Assembly (NCBI GenBank): GCA_963781585.1 | Contig: CAWAGQ010000010.1 | Span: 32,001-96,000 of the forward strand | Reading direction: 5' to 3' | Length of the DNA stretch: 64,000 nt | Origin: an uncultured Gemmatimonadaceae bacterium | GTDB taxonomy: Bacteria > Gemmatimonadota > Gemmatimonadetes > Gemmatimonadales > Gemmatimonadaceae | Shown: one piece after another, positions 38,637 through 49,282 of the stretch | How the letters are laid out: each line of letters starts with the position of its first letter | How positions within the stretch are numbered: the stretch's first letter is position 1 | The notes under the pieces: model-generated | Seen by the model: only the letters and a program-made list of their open reading frames with translations | Databases searched by the model: none | What the model was told of the DNA's origin: nothing | Program-made: the position numbers and the translations under genes

Positions 38637-41378
38637 GTGACCTGGGGAGAGATCCGCGTCGGCGTGCGACGGCTCTTTCGCCTGCCGCTGCGCTCCGCGG
38701 AACGTATTCGCGCCGACGCGGAGGAGGAGCTCCGCGCGATGTTCGCGGCACGCGTAGAGCACCACATCGCGCGCGGCATGGCGCCCGAGGCCGCACGTGC
38801 CGAAGCCCTCCGCCGGCTTGGCGTCGACGAGCACGATGCGCCAGTGACCATCCACCACTCGGCCGAACTCCGGGAGCGACGAATGCGCATGCGAGGCTAT
38901 CTGGACGACATATGGCAGGACGTGCGCTATGCGGTCCGTGGTGTCCGACTGCACCCTGGCTTCGCGCTCGCCGTAGCAACCATTCTCGGTCTCGGCATCG
39001 GGGCGAACACGGCGATGTTCCAGATCGTCGACCAGCTCCTGCTGCGACCGCCGGCGTACCTCCGACATCCCTCGCTCACGCACCGCGTGTATCTGAACCG
39101 GATGGTGCAGGGCGAGAACTTTGCGCAACAGAACATTCAGTATCGTCGATTCCAGGATCTCGCGCGCACCACCTCGTCGTTCCGCCGGCTGGCCGGGGTG
39201 TTCTACCCGCGGGTGGCGATCGGTGTGGGCCAGGATGCGCGCGAGATGCGCGTCGGTGCGGTGAGCGCGAGTACGTTCGGGTTCTTCGACGCCAGGCCGG
39301 TAGTGGGGCGCTTCTTCTCGCCGACCGAGGATGCGACGCCGTCGGGATCGGAGGTGGCGGTCCTGAGCTACGCATACTGGAGCAGCCACTTCGGCGCCGA
39401 TCCGGCGGTGGTCGGGCAGTCGCTGCAGATCGGCCCTCGCGCGTTCACCATCATCGGCGTCGCTCCCGAGCGCTTCCGGGCAACGTCTACTTTGTCGCCG
39501 GTCGCGTTCATTCCGATCACCTCGTTCGCGTACCTGATGCTCGGTCGCCCCGGCTGGACCGGCTATTACGAGGGCTACACCAACTCGTGGATGGAGATGC
39601 TTGTCGAACGGAAGCCGGAGGTGACGGTGGCGGCGGCAACCGCCGATCTCACGCACGCGTTCCTCGACAGTTATCGATCACAGCTCGAGCTTCATCAGAC
39701 CTCGGTGCCGATCGCCGTCGCGCGGCCGCATGCGTCGCTGGGCCCGGTGCTGGCCGAGCGCGGGCCCAACCAGGGCAGCCTCTCGAAGGTGGCGATCTGG
39801 CTGGTTGGCGTTGCGGTGATCGTGCTGCTGATCGCCTGCGCCAATGTCGCAAACCTGTTGCTCGCCCGCACGCTCCGGCGCCGGCGCGAGATCGCGCTGC
39901 GTCTCGCGCTCGGGGTGCGGCGGGGCCGGCTCCTGCGCCAACTCGTCATCGAGAGCCTGGCACTCGCGATACTGGGCACCACGCTCGGACTGGTGCTGGC
40001 GCAGTGGGGAGGTGCCGTGCTGCGCGCACAATTCCTCGCCGGCGGCGAAGCGACGTCGCCGTTGCGGGACGCCCGAGTGCTGCTCTTCGCGTTAGGCGCA
40101 ACTGTCCTGGTGGGCATGCTGACGGGCCTCGCACCGGCCGCCTACAGCCTGCGCAGCGATGTCGCCAGCACCCTCAAGGCAGGCATGCATGAGGGGACGT
40201 ATCGGCGAAGCGTCGTGCGCACCGGACTGCTGGTGCTGCAGGGCGCCCTGTCGGTCGTGCTCCTGGTGGGCGCTGGGCTGTTTGTCCGCAGCGTGCGGCG
40301 GCTCGACGGCCTTCGGTTGGGTTACGACGTGAGCAACGTGGCGGAGGTGTGGCCCGAGATGCGCGGCGTGGCGCTCGACAGCGCGCGCGGGGCCGCGCTG
40401 CGCAACGCCCTCCTCGACCGGGCTCGCGCGTTGCCCCAAGTGGTCGCGGCCACGCGCGCCTCCACCATTCCCTTCTACCAGGAGTGGGACGAGGAGATTT
40501 TCGTGGCTGGTGTCGATACCGCGCGGCTCCATCAGCTGGGACCATTCACGATTCAGACGGCGTCACCGGACTACTTCAGGACCTTGGGCACGCGCCTGGT
40601 GCGCGGTCGTCCGTTCACACCCGGAGACGGCGCCGGCGCTCCACCGGTGATGATCGTCAGCGATGCCATGGCGGCGGCGCTCTGGCGGGGCGCGGACGCG
40701 CTCGGAAAGTGCATTCGCGTTGGCGCAGACACGTCGCCCTGTCGCGAGGTGGTCGGCATCGCGGAAACCGCGCGAACGCAGAATTTCCGCCACGATTCCG
40801 GATTCGCCTACTACCTTCCCATCGATCAGGCGGACGCGACCGGCGGCGGGCTCTTCGTGCGCGTGAAAGGGGAGGCGACTGACGAGGCCGACGGTATTCG
40901 GCGCGCCCTGCAGCCGTTGATGCCCGATGTCTCGTACCTGACCGTGACGCCGCTGGCGGAGCGACTCGCGCCGGCCATGCGATCCTGGCGGCTGGGCGCC
41001 ATGATGTTCAGTCTCTTTGGCGCGCTGGCGCTCCTGCTCGCCGCGTTCGGCCTGTACAGCGTGGTGGCCTACAGCGTAACGCAGCGACGTCACGAACTCG
41101 GTGTGCGAATGGCGCTCGGTGCCCGAAGGGAGGTCGTACTTCGGCTGGTTCTGCTTGATGCCGTTCGCGTCGGCGCGGCGGGAATCCTGCTGGGTGGCGC
41201 GGTCGCACTCTGGGCAACGCGATGGGTCGCGCCGCTGCTGTACCAGGTGTCGCCGCGCGATCCTGCCGTGTATGGCACGGTGGCCGCGGTCCTGCTGGTG
41301 GTGACGGTGGCGGCGGGTCTGGCGCCGGCCCTGCGTGCCACGCGGGTCGATCCGGCCTCGGCGTTGCGGGCGGAGTAG
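38637..41378 (+). CDS. ADOP-type duplicated ABC permease
   Basis: Motifs LGIGANTAMF, LLIACANVANLLLAR, QRRHELGVRMALGA, RVDPASALRAE. Confidence 0.92.
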   Translation: MTWGEIRVGVRRLFRLPLRSAERIRADAEEELRAMFAARVEHHIARGMAPEAARAEALRRLGVDEHDAPVTIHHSAELRERRMRMRGYLDDIWQDVRYAVRGVRLHPGFALAVATILGLGIGANTAMFQIVDQLLLRPPAYLRHPSLTHRVYLNRMVQGENFAQQNIQYRRFQDLARTTSSFRRLAGVFYPRVAIGVGQDAREMRVGAVSASTFGFFDARPVVGRFFSPTEDATPSGSEVAVLSYAYWSSHFGADPAVVGQSLQIGPRAFTIIGVAPERFRATSTLSPVAFIPITSFAYLMLGRPGWTGYYEGYTNSWMEMLVERKPEVTVAAATADLTHAFLDSYRSQLELHQTSVPIAVARPHASLGPVLAERGPNQGSLSKVAIWLVGVAVIVLLIACANVANLLLARTLRRRREIALRLALGVRRGRLLRQLVIESLALAILGTTLGLVLAQWGGAVLRAQFLAGGEATSPLRDARVLLFALGATVLVGMLTGLAPAAYSLRSDVASTLKAGMHEGTYRRSVVRTGLLVLQGALSVVLLVGAGLFVRSVRRLDGLRLGYDVSNVAEVWPEMRGVALDSARGAALRNALLDRARALPQVVAATRASTIPFYQEWDEEIFVAGVDTARLHQLGPFTIQTASPDYFRTLGTRLVRGRPFTPGDGAGAPPVMIVSDAMAAALWRGADALGKCIRVGADTSPCREVVGIAETARTQNFRHDSGFAYYLPIDQADATGGGLFVRVKGEATDEADGIRRALQPLMPDVSYLTVTPLAERLAPAMRSWRLGAMMFSLFGALALLLAAFGLYSVVAYSVTQRRHELGVRMALGARREVVLRLVLLDAVRVGAAGILLGGAVALWATRWVAPLLYQVSPRDPAVYGTVAAVLLVVTVAAGLAPALRATRVDPASALRAE

Positions 41379-41463
41379 GCGGGGACCAACCTTTGGCGGA
41401 ACGCTCGGTGTCCAAACCCGTACCGCCGGGCCATCGTCCCGACCAAGCACCGAGAGGACCAGC

Positions 41464-43959
41464 ATGCCAGCCATTCTCCGCGGGTTTCGTCCCATCCTTC
41501 GATCGCTCGGACGCAGCCGGGCCTTCACAGCCGCCGCCATCCTGACACTCGGGTTGGGGATGGGGGCCAGCGCGGCGATCTACACGCTGCTGCAGCGCGT
41601 CGTGCTCGATCCACTCCCCTATCCCGATCCCGACCGGCTGGTGCGAGTGAGAAATCCCGTGCCGGGTGTGGGTGCGGACGAGGAGTGGAATATCTCTTCG
41701 GCGCAGTATTTCTACTACACGCAACACGTCCACCTGTTGGCGCAGATCGGCGTCTACTCGCAGGATGGGTCCAACTTCACGTCGACGCAGGCGCCGCAGC
41801 GCGTCCGCGTGGCAAGTGTGTCCGCGCCGGTGCTGGGCCTCATCGGGGCGCACCCCGCGCGGGGGCGACTCCTGGGTGCGGATGACGATCGCCCGGGCGC
41901 CGCGCCGGTGGTGATGCTGTCGTACAATTTCTGGCAGCGTCAGTTCGGCGGGGACGCCTCGGTCGTCGGGAGCACCATTCGCCTGGACGACCAGCCGTGC
42001 CAGGTGATCGGCGTGATGGCGCGTGGCGTGGAGCTCCCGCCCGATCGGGGAGAGACGATGCGCACGGCGAGCGATGTCTGGGTCACCAAGCAGCTCGATC
42101 CGGCGGGTCCGTTCTACAACAATCACGTGCTCCCGGCGATCGCGCGGCTGGCGCCCGGTGCGACACCGACGGCAGCGGAGCGGGAGCTGGCACAGTTGCG
42201 GTCGCAGTTGCCGGAGGCGTTTCCGCGTGCGTACTCGCAGGAGTTCTTTGACCGGTACGGCTTTCACGCTCGCCTCTACGACCTCAAGCAGTTCGTGGTG
42301 GGAGACGCGGCGCGCAACCTGTGGATCCTGTTTGCGGCGGTGGGTCTGGTGCTGCTCATTGCCTGTGCCAACGTGGCCAATCTGCTGCTCGTGCGACTGG
42401 AGGGACGGCGCCGCGACACCGCCATTCGTACGGCGTTAGGCGCGGGGTGGCGCGAACTATCTGGTGACGCCTTGCGCGAGGGCGCAGTGCTGGCCACCGC
42501 CGGAGGCGCGCTGGCGCTGCTGCTCGGGTACCTGAGCACGCGGTGGCTGGTGTCGCTGGCGCCGTCGGGGTTGCCGAGGCTGGAGGAGATCCGGCTCGAC
42601 CTGCACAGCCTCGCGTTCGCGCTCGGCATGGCGGTCGCCGTTGCCCTCGCACTGGCGCTGGTGCCCGCGCTGCAGTTCCGGTCTCCGGCACACGTCGGCT
42701 CGCTCAGCGAAGGTGGACGGGGCGGGACGGCCGGTGTGGACCGCCATCGCCTGCGGGGCGCCCTGGTGATTTCCCAGGTGGCGCTGGCGCTCATCCTGGT
42801 GGTGAGCGCGGGGTTGCTGCTGCGCAGCTTCACGCGGCTCCGGTCGGTGAACCCGGGAGTGAATCCCGGCGGCGTGCTCACTGTGCAGCTGTACCTCCCG
42901 TATCAGCGCTATGACAGCGTGTCGAAAGTGTGGCGCTTCTACTCGGCGATGGTCGAGCGGTTGCGCGCGACGCCCGGCGTGAGCGCTGCGGGCGTGTCCG
43001 AAGGACTGCCGTTCCAGGACAGTTACGGTTGCACGGTGCAGGGTTTCGAGGACAAGGCCGTGTATCAGCGCGTGAAGGACGCCAACATGACCACGTGCGC
43101 CGGCCAGGAAGCCACATCGCCGGGCTTCCTCGAGACTCTCGGCATTCCGTTGATTGCCGGCCGGATGTTCACGGCCGGCGACAACGAGGAGCCGAAGGCC
43201 GGCGCCGTGGTCGTGAGCAAGGCGTTCGCGGATCGCTTCTGGCCCGGTGAGAATCCGATCGGGAAGGGGGTGAATCCGAACGGTCGCGACGGTCCCACGT
43301 TCTACCATGTGGTTGGTGTCGTGGGCGACGTGCATGGGTCGTCGGTGGTCGATGCCCCGGCAATCGCGATCTACTATCCGGTGGTGCCGATGCCGACCGT
43401 GCGTTTCAACGCACCGCGCGGTGTGTATCTCGTGGTACGGACGTCGAAGAGTGATCCCCTGTCGTATCTGGCGGCCGTACGGAACGCCGTCGCGGCAATC
43501 GATCCCGCGATTCCGCTCGCGAACGCGGCGTCAATGGACACGATCGTCGCGCAATCGATGAGCCGGCTCACCTTCATGATGACGCTGCTCGCCATCGCCG
43601 GCGTGGTTGCGCTGCTGCTGGCGGCGATCGGCCTCTACGGTCTCATTTCCTATGTGGTGGGGCGTCGCACGAACGAAATCGGTGTGCGGCTGGCGCTCGG
43701 CGCACAGCCGGGGCAGGTGCAGGGCCTGATCGTGCGCGGCGCCGTCGGTCTCACCCTGGTGGGCCTGGTGTGTGGCATCGCGGGCGCGGCGGTGTTCACG
43801 CGCGTGCTCCGCGGCCTCCTGTACGGCGTTGCCGCATCGGATCCGTGGTCCTATCTGCTCGCGTGCGTAGTGTTGGCGACGGTGGCCGCGGTCGCGGCGT
43901 GGGTGCCGGCGCGGCGCGCCGCTCGCGTCGATCCCACGGTGGCGCTCCGGTTCGACTGA
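41464..43959 (+). CDS. ADOP-type duplicated ABC permease (no prefix domain)
   Basis: Motifs TLGLGMGASAAIY, LLIACANVANL, RRTNEIGVRLALGA, RVDPTVALRFD. Start at ATG 41464 after GAGGA. Confidence 0.9.
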   Translation: MPAILRGFRPILRSLGRSRAFTAAAILTLGLGMGASAAIYTLLQRVVLDPLPYPDPDRLVRVRNPVPGVGADEEWNISSAQYFYYTQHVHLLAQIGVYSQDGSNFTSTQAPQRVRVASVSAPVLGLIGAHPARGRLLGADDDRPGAAPVVMLSYNFWQRQFGGDASVVGSTIRLDDQPCQVIGVMARGVELPPDRGETMRTASDVWVTKQLDPAGPFYNNHVLPAIARLAPGATPTAAERELAQLRSQLPEAFPRAYSQEFFDRYGFHARLYDLKQFVVGDAARNLWILFAAVGLVLLIACANVANLLLVRLEGRRRDTAIRTALGAGWRELSGDALREGAVLATAGGALALLLGYLSTRWLVSLAPSGLPRLEEIRLDLHSLAFALGMAVAVALALALVPALQFRSPAHVGSLSEGGRGGTAGVDRHRLRGALVISQVALALILVVSAGLLLRSFTRLRSVNPGVNPGGVLTVQLYLPYQRYDSVSKVWRFYSAMVERLRATPGVSAAGVSEGLPFQDSYGCTVQGFEDKAVYQRVKDANMTTCAGQEATSPGFLETLGIPLIAGRMFTAGDNEEPKAGAVVVSKAFADRFWPGENPIGKGVNPNGRDGPTFYHVVGVVGDVHGSSVVDAPAIAIYYPVVPMPTVRFNAPRGVYLVVRTSKSDPLSYLAAVRNAVAAIDPAIPLANAASMDTIVAQSMSRLTFMMTLLAIAGVVALLLAAIGLYGLISYVVGRRTNEIGVRLALGAQPGQVQGLIVRGAVGLTLVGLVCGIAGAAVFTRVLRGLLYGVAASDPWSYLLACVVLATVAAVAAWVPARRAARVDPTVALRFD

Positions 43960-44013
43960 CGCGCTTCGATCAGGCGAACAGCTGCCCGTGCGCTGGACCG
44001 GCCGAGGCCGGCG

Positions 44014-44793
44014 TCAGCCGCCCCCGGCGGCGGGCGGATGCAATCCGGCCTCCAGCACACCGGCCATCACGCCGTATCCGCCGGTGATGCGATGCCCGCC
44101 ATCGCGCTCGACGCGGCTGACGACGGTCGTGTCCACGTCGCGGCACAGCGAATCGCGATCATCCCGCCCGTACACGCAGAGGACGCGAAGTCCGCGCAGG
44201 CGCTCCACCTCCGGAGCCACGGGAACGTCGTCCGGCCGGGAAACGTCGCGCACGAGATCGCTCAGGTGGAACTGGAAGTTCGCCTGCCGGCCTGGACTCA
44301 CCAGCGCTACCATGTTAACCCGCTCGCGAAGGTCGGCCGGTAGCCGGGCGGCGATGAACGGAGCAACGTCGGCGCCGCGCGAATAACCGAGGAGCAGGAG
44401 GCGGTCGCGATTCCAGCGGGAGAGATAGCTGCGCGACAGGCATTCCACGTCCCAGGCGGCTTCGTCGGGATCCCGCTTCTGGCGCAGATACGCGCGCATA
44501 TTGAGGCCGACGATATCGGCGCCATGGACGAGCAGGCCCTGCGCGACCCGCTCGTCGGCGCGCGCCCAGCCGCCATCGCCGGTAAGCAGCACGACAAGGG
44601 TCGGGTTCGAGTCCGGCGACGCGCGTCGCTCGATGGCCGGAAGCCGCGCGGTGCGGAGGGAGTCACACGGCGCGCGCTGCACCCACGCGTGGGCGGTGGA
44701 GGGCGTGGCCAGGAACAGGGCCACCACCGGGAGGCACCGGTTCAGGGGAAACCGCGACCCCGACTTCGACTCCGATCCCATCTTCCTGTTCAC
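44014..44793 (-). CDS. AcvB/VirJ-family alpha/beta hydrolase (lysyl-phosphatidylglycerol hydrolase-like)
   Basis: Motifs LLTGDGGW, nucleophile GYSRGAD, LCVYG..D.DSLC, GGH; signal-like N-terminus. Start is uncertain. Confidence 0.82.
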   Translation of the reverse strand: MNRKMGSESKSGSRFPLNRCLPVVALFLATPSTAHAWVQRAPCDSLRTARLPAIERRASPDSNPTLVVLLTGDGGWARADERVAQGLLVHGADIVGLNMRAYLRQKRDPDEAAWDVECLSRSYLSRWNRDRLLLLGYSRGADVAPFIAARLPADLRERVNMVALVSPGRQANFQFHLSDLVRDVSRPDDVPVAPEVERLRGLRVLCVYGRDDRDSLCRDVDTTVVSRVERDGGHRITGGYGVMAGVLEAGLHPPAAGGG

Positions 44794-45040
44794 CTCGCGT
44801 CAGGCGTCGGGCTCACGGCCAACGAGCCGCCGATCGAGCACCGAGTGTACACCGCAGCCGGTTCGCGGAAGCCACGGCAATCGAGCGCACCCGCGGTGCC
44901 GCCGGCTCTACCATCCCGGGACAGGGCGCCGTAATCTCTCGTTTAGAATCGGTTCGTTAAGAGTTAAGGTCCGCGCCAGACCTCCAGGACCAGCACCGCC
45001 GATTCGTTCGGACGAATCACTTCGGTCTCTCTCGAGCCGT

Positions 45041-45982
45041 ATGTCTCTGCTCTCGCTCGACAGCGTAACGAAGCGCTTCGACAGCATCGTGGCCGTGAAC
45101 GACGTGTCGTTCACCGTCAGCCGCGGCGAAGTAGTCGGCTTTCTCGGCCCCAATGGTGCCGGGAAGTCGACCACCATGCGCATGATCACGCAGGTGTTCG
45201 ACCCCGACGCCGGCGTGATTCGGCTGGACGGCGTCCCGCTGGACGACGCCGGGCGCGACGCGAAGCGGCGCATCGGCTTCCTGCCCGAGAACAATCCGCT
45301 GTACACCGAGATGCTCGTCTCCGAGTATCTCGACTTCGTGGCCAGCCTCCGCGAGCTCGAAGGCGACGTGAGGCGCAGGGCGGTCGACGAAGCCGTGTCT
45401 GCGACGGCGATCGGCGATGTGTACTACCGACCGATCGGCGAGCTGTCGAAGGGATTCAGGCAGCGGGTCGGACTGGCGGCCGCGATTCTCCATCGTCCCG
45501 ATCTGCTGGTTCTCGACGAGCCGACCGAAGGCCTCGACCCGAATCAGCGGGTGGAGATCCGGCGCCTCATCGCGGCGCTCGGACGCGAGCGCACCGTCAT
45601 GCTGTCGACCCATGTGCTTCCCGAGGTGCAGCACACCTGTTCGCGGGTGATCATCATCAATCGCGGAGCCATCGTGGCCGACGGTACGGTGGACGTTCTC
45701 GCCGCGCGCGCGGCGGAAGGAGCGCGGGTAAGCGTTGAGGCGACGGGAGACGACATCGAAGCGCAGGTGGCGCGCCTGGACGGTGTACAGGTGACCGAAC
45801 GCCGGGAGTCCGGCGACCGCCGGGTGCGACTCTCGCTGTCGATCACGGGGGAACGCGACGTGCGACCGGAAATCTTCGAGCTGGCAAAGTCGCGCGGATG
45901 GACGCTGTTCGAGCTCCATCAGGAAGCCGCCAGCCTCGAGGATCTCTTCCGCGAGTTGACCGCCGTGGAGGCCGCGCCATGA
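45041..45982 (+). CDS. ABC transporter ATP-binding protein (GldA-like)
   Basis: Walker A GPNGAGKST, signature LSKGFRQR, Walker B LVLDEP, H-loop STH. Start at ATG 45041. Confidence 0.93.
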   Translation: MSLLSLDSVTKRFDSIVAVNDVSFTVSRGEVVGFLGPNGAGKSTTMRMITQVFDPDAGVIRLDGVPLDDAGRDAKRRIGFLPENNPLYTEMLVSEYLDFVASLRELEGDVRRRAVDEAVSATAIGDVYYRPIGELSKGFRQRVGLAAAILHRPDLLVLDEPTEGLDPNQRVEIRRLIAALGRERTVMLSTHVLPEVQHTCSRVIIINRGAIVADGTVDVLAARAAEGARVSVEATGDDIEAQVARLDGVQVTERRESGDRRVRLSLSITGERDVRPEIFELAKSRGWTLFELHQEAASLEDLFRELTAVEAAP

Positions 45983-48219
45983 CGCGCGTCTGGACGATTG
46001 CGCGGCGCGAGTGGCGGGCGCTGTTCGACCATCCCACGGGATACGTCCTGCTGGTGGTCTTCGCCGCCGTCAATTCCTTCCTGTTCTTTCGTCAGGCGTA
46101 TCTGTCCAACGTCGCCAGCCTGCGCCCGATGCTCGACCTGCTGCCGTGGGTCTTCCTGTTCTTCGTGCCCGCGGTTGCCATGCGGACGCTGGCCGAGGAC
46201 AATCGCAGCGGGATGCTCGAGGTGGTGCTGACGCAATCCCTGACTGAAGGCGAACTGGTGGCCGGGAAATACCTGGGGGCGGTGCTGTTCCTGTGGTGCG
46301 CGCTGTCGGTCACGTTTGCCATTCCGCTGGGGCTGTCGCTGGGCGCCCACCTGCATTGGGGGACGATCGTCGCGCAGTATGTTGGCGCGGCGCTCCTGGC
46401 GGCGGGGATGTGCGGTGTCGGCGTCTGGGCATCGACCCTTACCCGCAGCCAGATCATGGCGTTCATCCTGGCGGTATCGGTGATGTTCGTGCTGATCCTG
46501 CTTGGCCTGAATCCGCTCATCGTCGGGCTGCCGCCGTCGCTGGGCAGTGTGGCCGCGCGCATCGGTGTCCTTTCGCACTTCGAGAATATCGGGCGTGGCG
46601 TGATCGACCTGCGGGACGCCATCTACTTCCTGTCGCTGGCGGGCCTGTTTCTCGTCTTCTCCTACGGTGCGCTGTTGCGACGCAAGCTGGCGCCCGGCGG
46701 CGCCCCCGCGCGCCGCATGCGGATGGGCATGGTGCTCGTCACCGGCATCCTGGTAGTGGTGAACCTGCTGGGTGGGTACATCGGAGGGCGGCTGGACCTC
46801 ACTCCCGGCCATGCGTACACCCTCTCCGGCACCACCAGGCAGCTTGTCGGGAGTCTCGGCGACATCCTCACGGTCAAGGTCTTCGCTTCCGACGCGCTGC
46901 CGACCGAGATTTCGCTGATCAAACGCGACGTGGATGATCTTCTGGCCGACATTCGCTCGTCGGGGAAGGGGAAGGTGCGCGTGGTGACGCGCAATCCGAC
47001 GGACGACGAATCCGCGCGCCGCGATGCCGGCAGTCTGGGCATCAGGCCGGTGCAGTTCAACGTGGTGGGGCAGAGCGAGCTCCAGGTAAAGGAAGGGTAT
47101 CTCGGGCTCGCCCTCCAGTACGGCGGACAGACCGAGATCATCCCGTTCATCGATCACACCGACGACCTGGAGTACCGGATCGCGTCGGACGTGCGAGCGC
47201 TCACGCGCACCGGCAAGTCGGCGGTGGCGATCGCCAGCAGCGTCAGCACGCCTAACGGCGGTGTCGAGGACCTGCGGACGCAACTGGCCAAGTCGTACGA
47301 GGTGCGCGATCTGTCGCTGAGCGACGCGGCCCAGCCGGCGGCCGACGTGGCCGCGGTGGTGCTGGCCGGGGTCCCCGATTCCCTGCCGGCAGGCGCCGCC
47401 GACCGTCTGACGGCGTACCTCCGGCGTGGCGGCAGCGTGCTGGTACTGGCAAACGGCATGCAGCTCTCGCCCCAGATGCCGATCGCGATGCCCCGCCCGG
47501 TCACGTGGAACGACGTGCTGAAGCCCCTGGGCGTGTCGGTGCGCAGCGACATGGTGTATGACCTGCTCACGGCCGAATCGGTGCCGGGGCGATCGACGTT
47601 CATGGGCATGCGCGTGATGCAGCGGTATCCCTTCTTCTTTCACGCCAACAGCACGGGGAAGTCCGTCGTCAATCGACAGGTGAGCGATGTCCTGCTGACC
47701 TGGCCCAGCAGCATCGACACGACCGGCGCCAGGCCGGGGACTATCACGCCCCTCCTCGTGTCGAGCCGCGGTTCGGGGGTCGCCACCGGCGAGACGACGA
47801 TCGATCCCGGACGTGATTTTCCGCAGACTGACCTCGCTCCGCGCCTGCTGGCCGTCCAGGTGGCGGCGGGTGCCGCGAACGACACGACCGCGCCCCGCGG
47901 GCGCGCCATCGTGATTGGTGACGCGACCTTCGCCAGCGACCCATTCGCCGAACAGGCACCGGAGAACCTCGACTTCGTGCTCAACGCGGTGGACTGGCTC
48001 GCGCAGGACGAGGCCCTGATCGCCATCCGTTCGAAGGACCGGCGTCCGCCCAGCCTCGCCTTTGCCGGCACCGCGTCGCGCAACGTCGCCAAGTACGGCA
48101 ACATGATCGGCATCCCGGCACTGCTCGCCCTGGCCGGCGTGGTCCGCCTGACGCGTCGCCGTCGCCGCACCCACCGCAGGTACCGGCCCTTGACCTCTGA
48201 GCGGGCGGGTGCGTCATGA
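45979..48219 (+). CDS. Fused ABC-2 permease (GldF-like) plus GldG/ABC_transp_aux domain
   Basis: IARREWRALF.HP.GY, AMRTLAED.RSG..E, RGVIDLRD.IYF, then RLDLT...YTLS, LEYRI, NAVDWL, and a C-terminal TM. Confidence 0.85.
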   Translation: MTRVWTIARREWRALFDHPTGYVLLVVFAAVNSFLFFRQAYLSNVASLRPMLDLLPWVFLFFVPAVAMRTLAEDNRSGMLEVVLTQSLTEGELVAGKYLGAVLFLWCALSVTFAIPLGLSLGAHLHWGTIVAQYVGAALLAAGMCGVGVWASTLTRSQIMAFILAVSVMFVLILLGLNPLIVGLPPSLGSVAARIGVLSHFENIGRGVIDLRDAIYFLSLAGLFLVFSYGALLRRKLAPGGAPARRMRMGMVLVTGILVVVNLLGGYIGGRLDLTPGHAYTLSGTTRQLVGSLGDILTVKVFASDALPTEISLIKRDVDDLLADIRSSGKGKVRVVTRNPTDDESARRDAGSLGIRPVQFNVVGQSELQVKEGYLGLALQYGGQTEIIPFIDHTDDLEYRIASDVRALTRTGKSAVAIASSVSTPNGGVEDLRTQLAKSYEVRDLSLSDAAQPAADVAAVVLAGVPDSLPAGAADRLTAYLRRGGSVLVLANGMQLSPQMPIAMPRPVTWNDVLKPLGVSVRSDMVYDLLTAESVPGRSTFMGMRVMQRYPFFFHANSTGKSVVNRQVSDVLLTWPSSIDTTGARPGTITPLLVSSRGSGVATGETTIDPGRDFPQTDLAPRLLAVQVAAGAANDTTAPRGRAIVIGDATFASDPFAEQAPENLDFVLNAVDWLAQDEALIAIRSKDRRPPSLAFAGTASRNVAKYGNMIGIPALLALAGVVRLTRRRRRTHRRYRPLTSERAGAS

Positions 48220-49133
48220 GTCGCTCCCTGCTGCAACGCCTGCTCCTGGTTCTCGTCGGCGTGCTGGTGCTGTGGGGCGTCGCCGCGATCACCCGTCGCT
48301 CCCGGCAGGATCGCCCGATCGCATTCGCGATTCCTCATATCGATACCGCGGCGGTGGACACCGTGTCGATCTCGAGTCCTCGCGACACCATCCTGCTCGG
48401 TCGCGGACCAGGCGGAACGTGGCGCGTGAACGACCAGGCGGCCGCCGCGACCGAAATGAGCGACCTCCTTCGTGCTCTGGTGGATACCGACGCGTGGGGA
48501 GAATTGGTCGCGCAGAGCGCGGAGTCGCAGGCGCGACTCGGCGTGGCTGCCGACAGCGCGAAGCGTTTCCGGGTGGCGAGTCACGGCCGGACGGTGTTGA
48601 ACCTGCTGACCGGCAAGCAGACCAGCGACTACGGTGGCGTCTACGTCCGCCGTGACGGCGAGGACGCCGTGTATGCGTGGCACGGCGGTTTTGCGTCCGC
48701 GCTCGTTCGTGCGCCTGACGAGTGGCGCGACAAGCGGATCGCGAGCGTGGCGGCCGACAGTGTGGCGGCCATCGAGATTCAGCGCGGGCCGAGCCGGTAC
48801 TCGCTGCGGCGATCGGGGAAGTCATGGAAGGTGGGAGCGAACGCCGATGCCGATTCGGGGGTGGTGGCGCGCGTCCTGGAGGCGTACGGCGACCTGCGCG
48901 CGTCGGGTTTCGCGACACCGGCGCAGGCCGACTCGGCGGATTTCCGCCATCCCGATCGTCACACGCGACTCGTCTCGAGGGCCGGAGCGACTCTGGTGAG
49001 CCTGGTGTTCGATTCCACGGGCAGCGGCGTGTGGACGCGCGCCGACACCGGCGGCACGGTGTTCAAGCTCGACGCGTGGATGCTGGAGCAGTTGACGCCG
49101 GCGGAGAGCAGCGTCCGAAAGAAGAGGCCATAG
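48216..49133 (+). CDS. DUF4340-like membrane-anchored protein
   Basis: N-terminal TM, two repeated halves, YVRR...WRDKRI motif; usual third gene of Gld-like ABC operons; ATGA overlap. Confidence 0.72.
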   Translation: MSRSLLQRLLLVLVGVLVLWGVAAITRRSRQDRPIAFAIPHIDTAAVDTVSISSPRDTILLGRGPGGTWRVNDQAAAATEMSDLLRALVDTDAWGELVAQSAESQARLGVAADSAKRFRVASHGRTVLNLLTGKQTSDYGGVYVRRDGEDAVYAWHGGFASALVRAPDEWRDKRIASVAADSVAAIEIQRGPSRYSLRRSGKSWKVGANADADSGVVARVLEAYGDLRASGFATPAQADSADFRHPDRHTRLVSRAGATLVSLVFDSTGSGVWTRADTGGTVFKLDAWMLEQLTPAESSVRKKRP

Positions 49134-49282
49134 CCGCCGGAACGAAGGGCAGGGGGGAGGGGCCGCGGACCAGAGGTCATGGTCAAGAGCCGGGGCCATC
49201 GGGTCCGGACGAGGGCTGCGCTGGCTCCCGATAGCACCCGCGGGTAGGTTCAGCCGGCCTCCAATCTCCGAGTGTCGGGATC

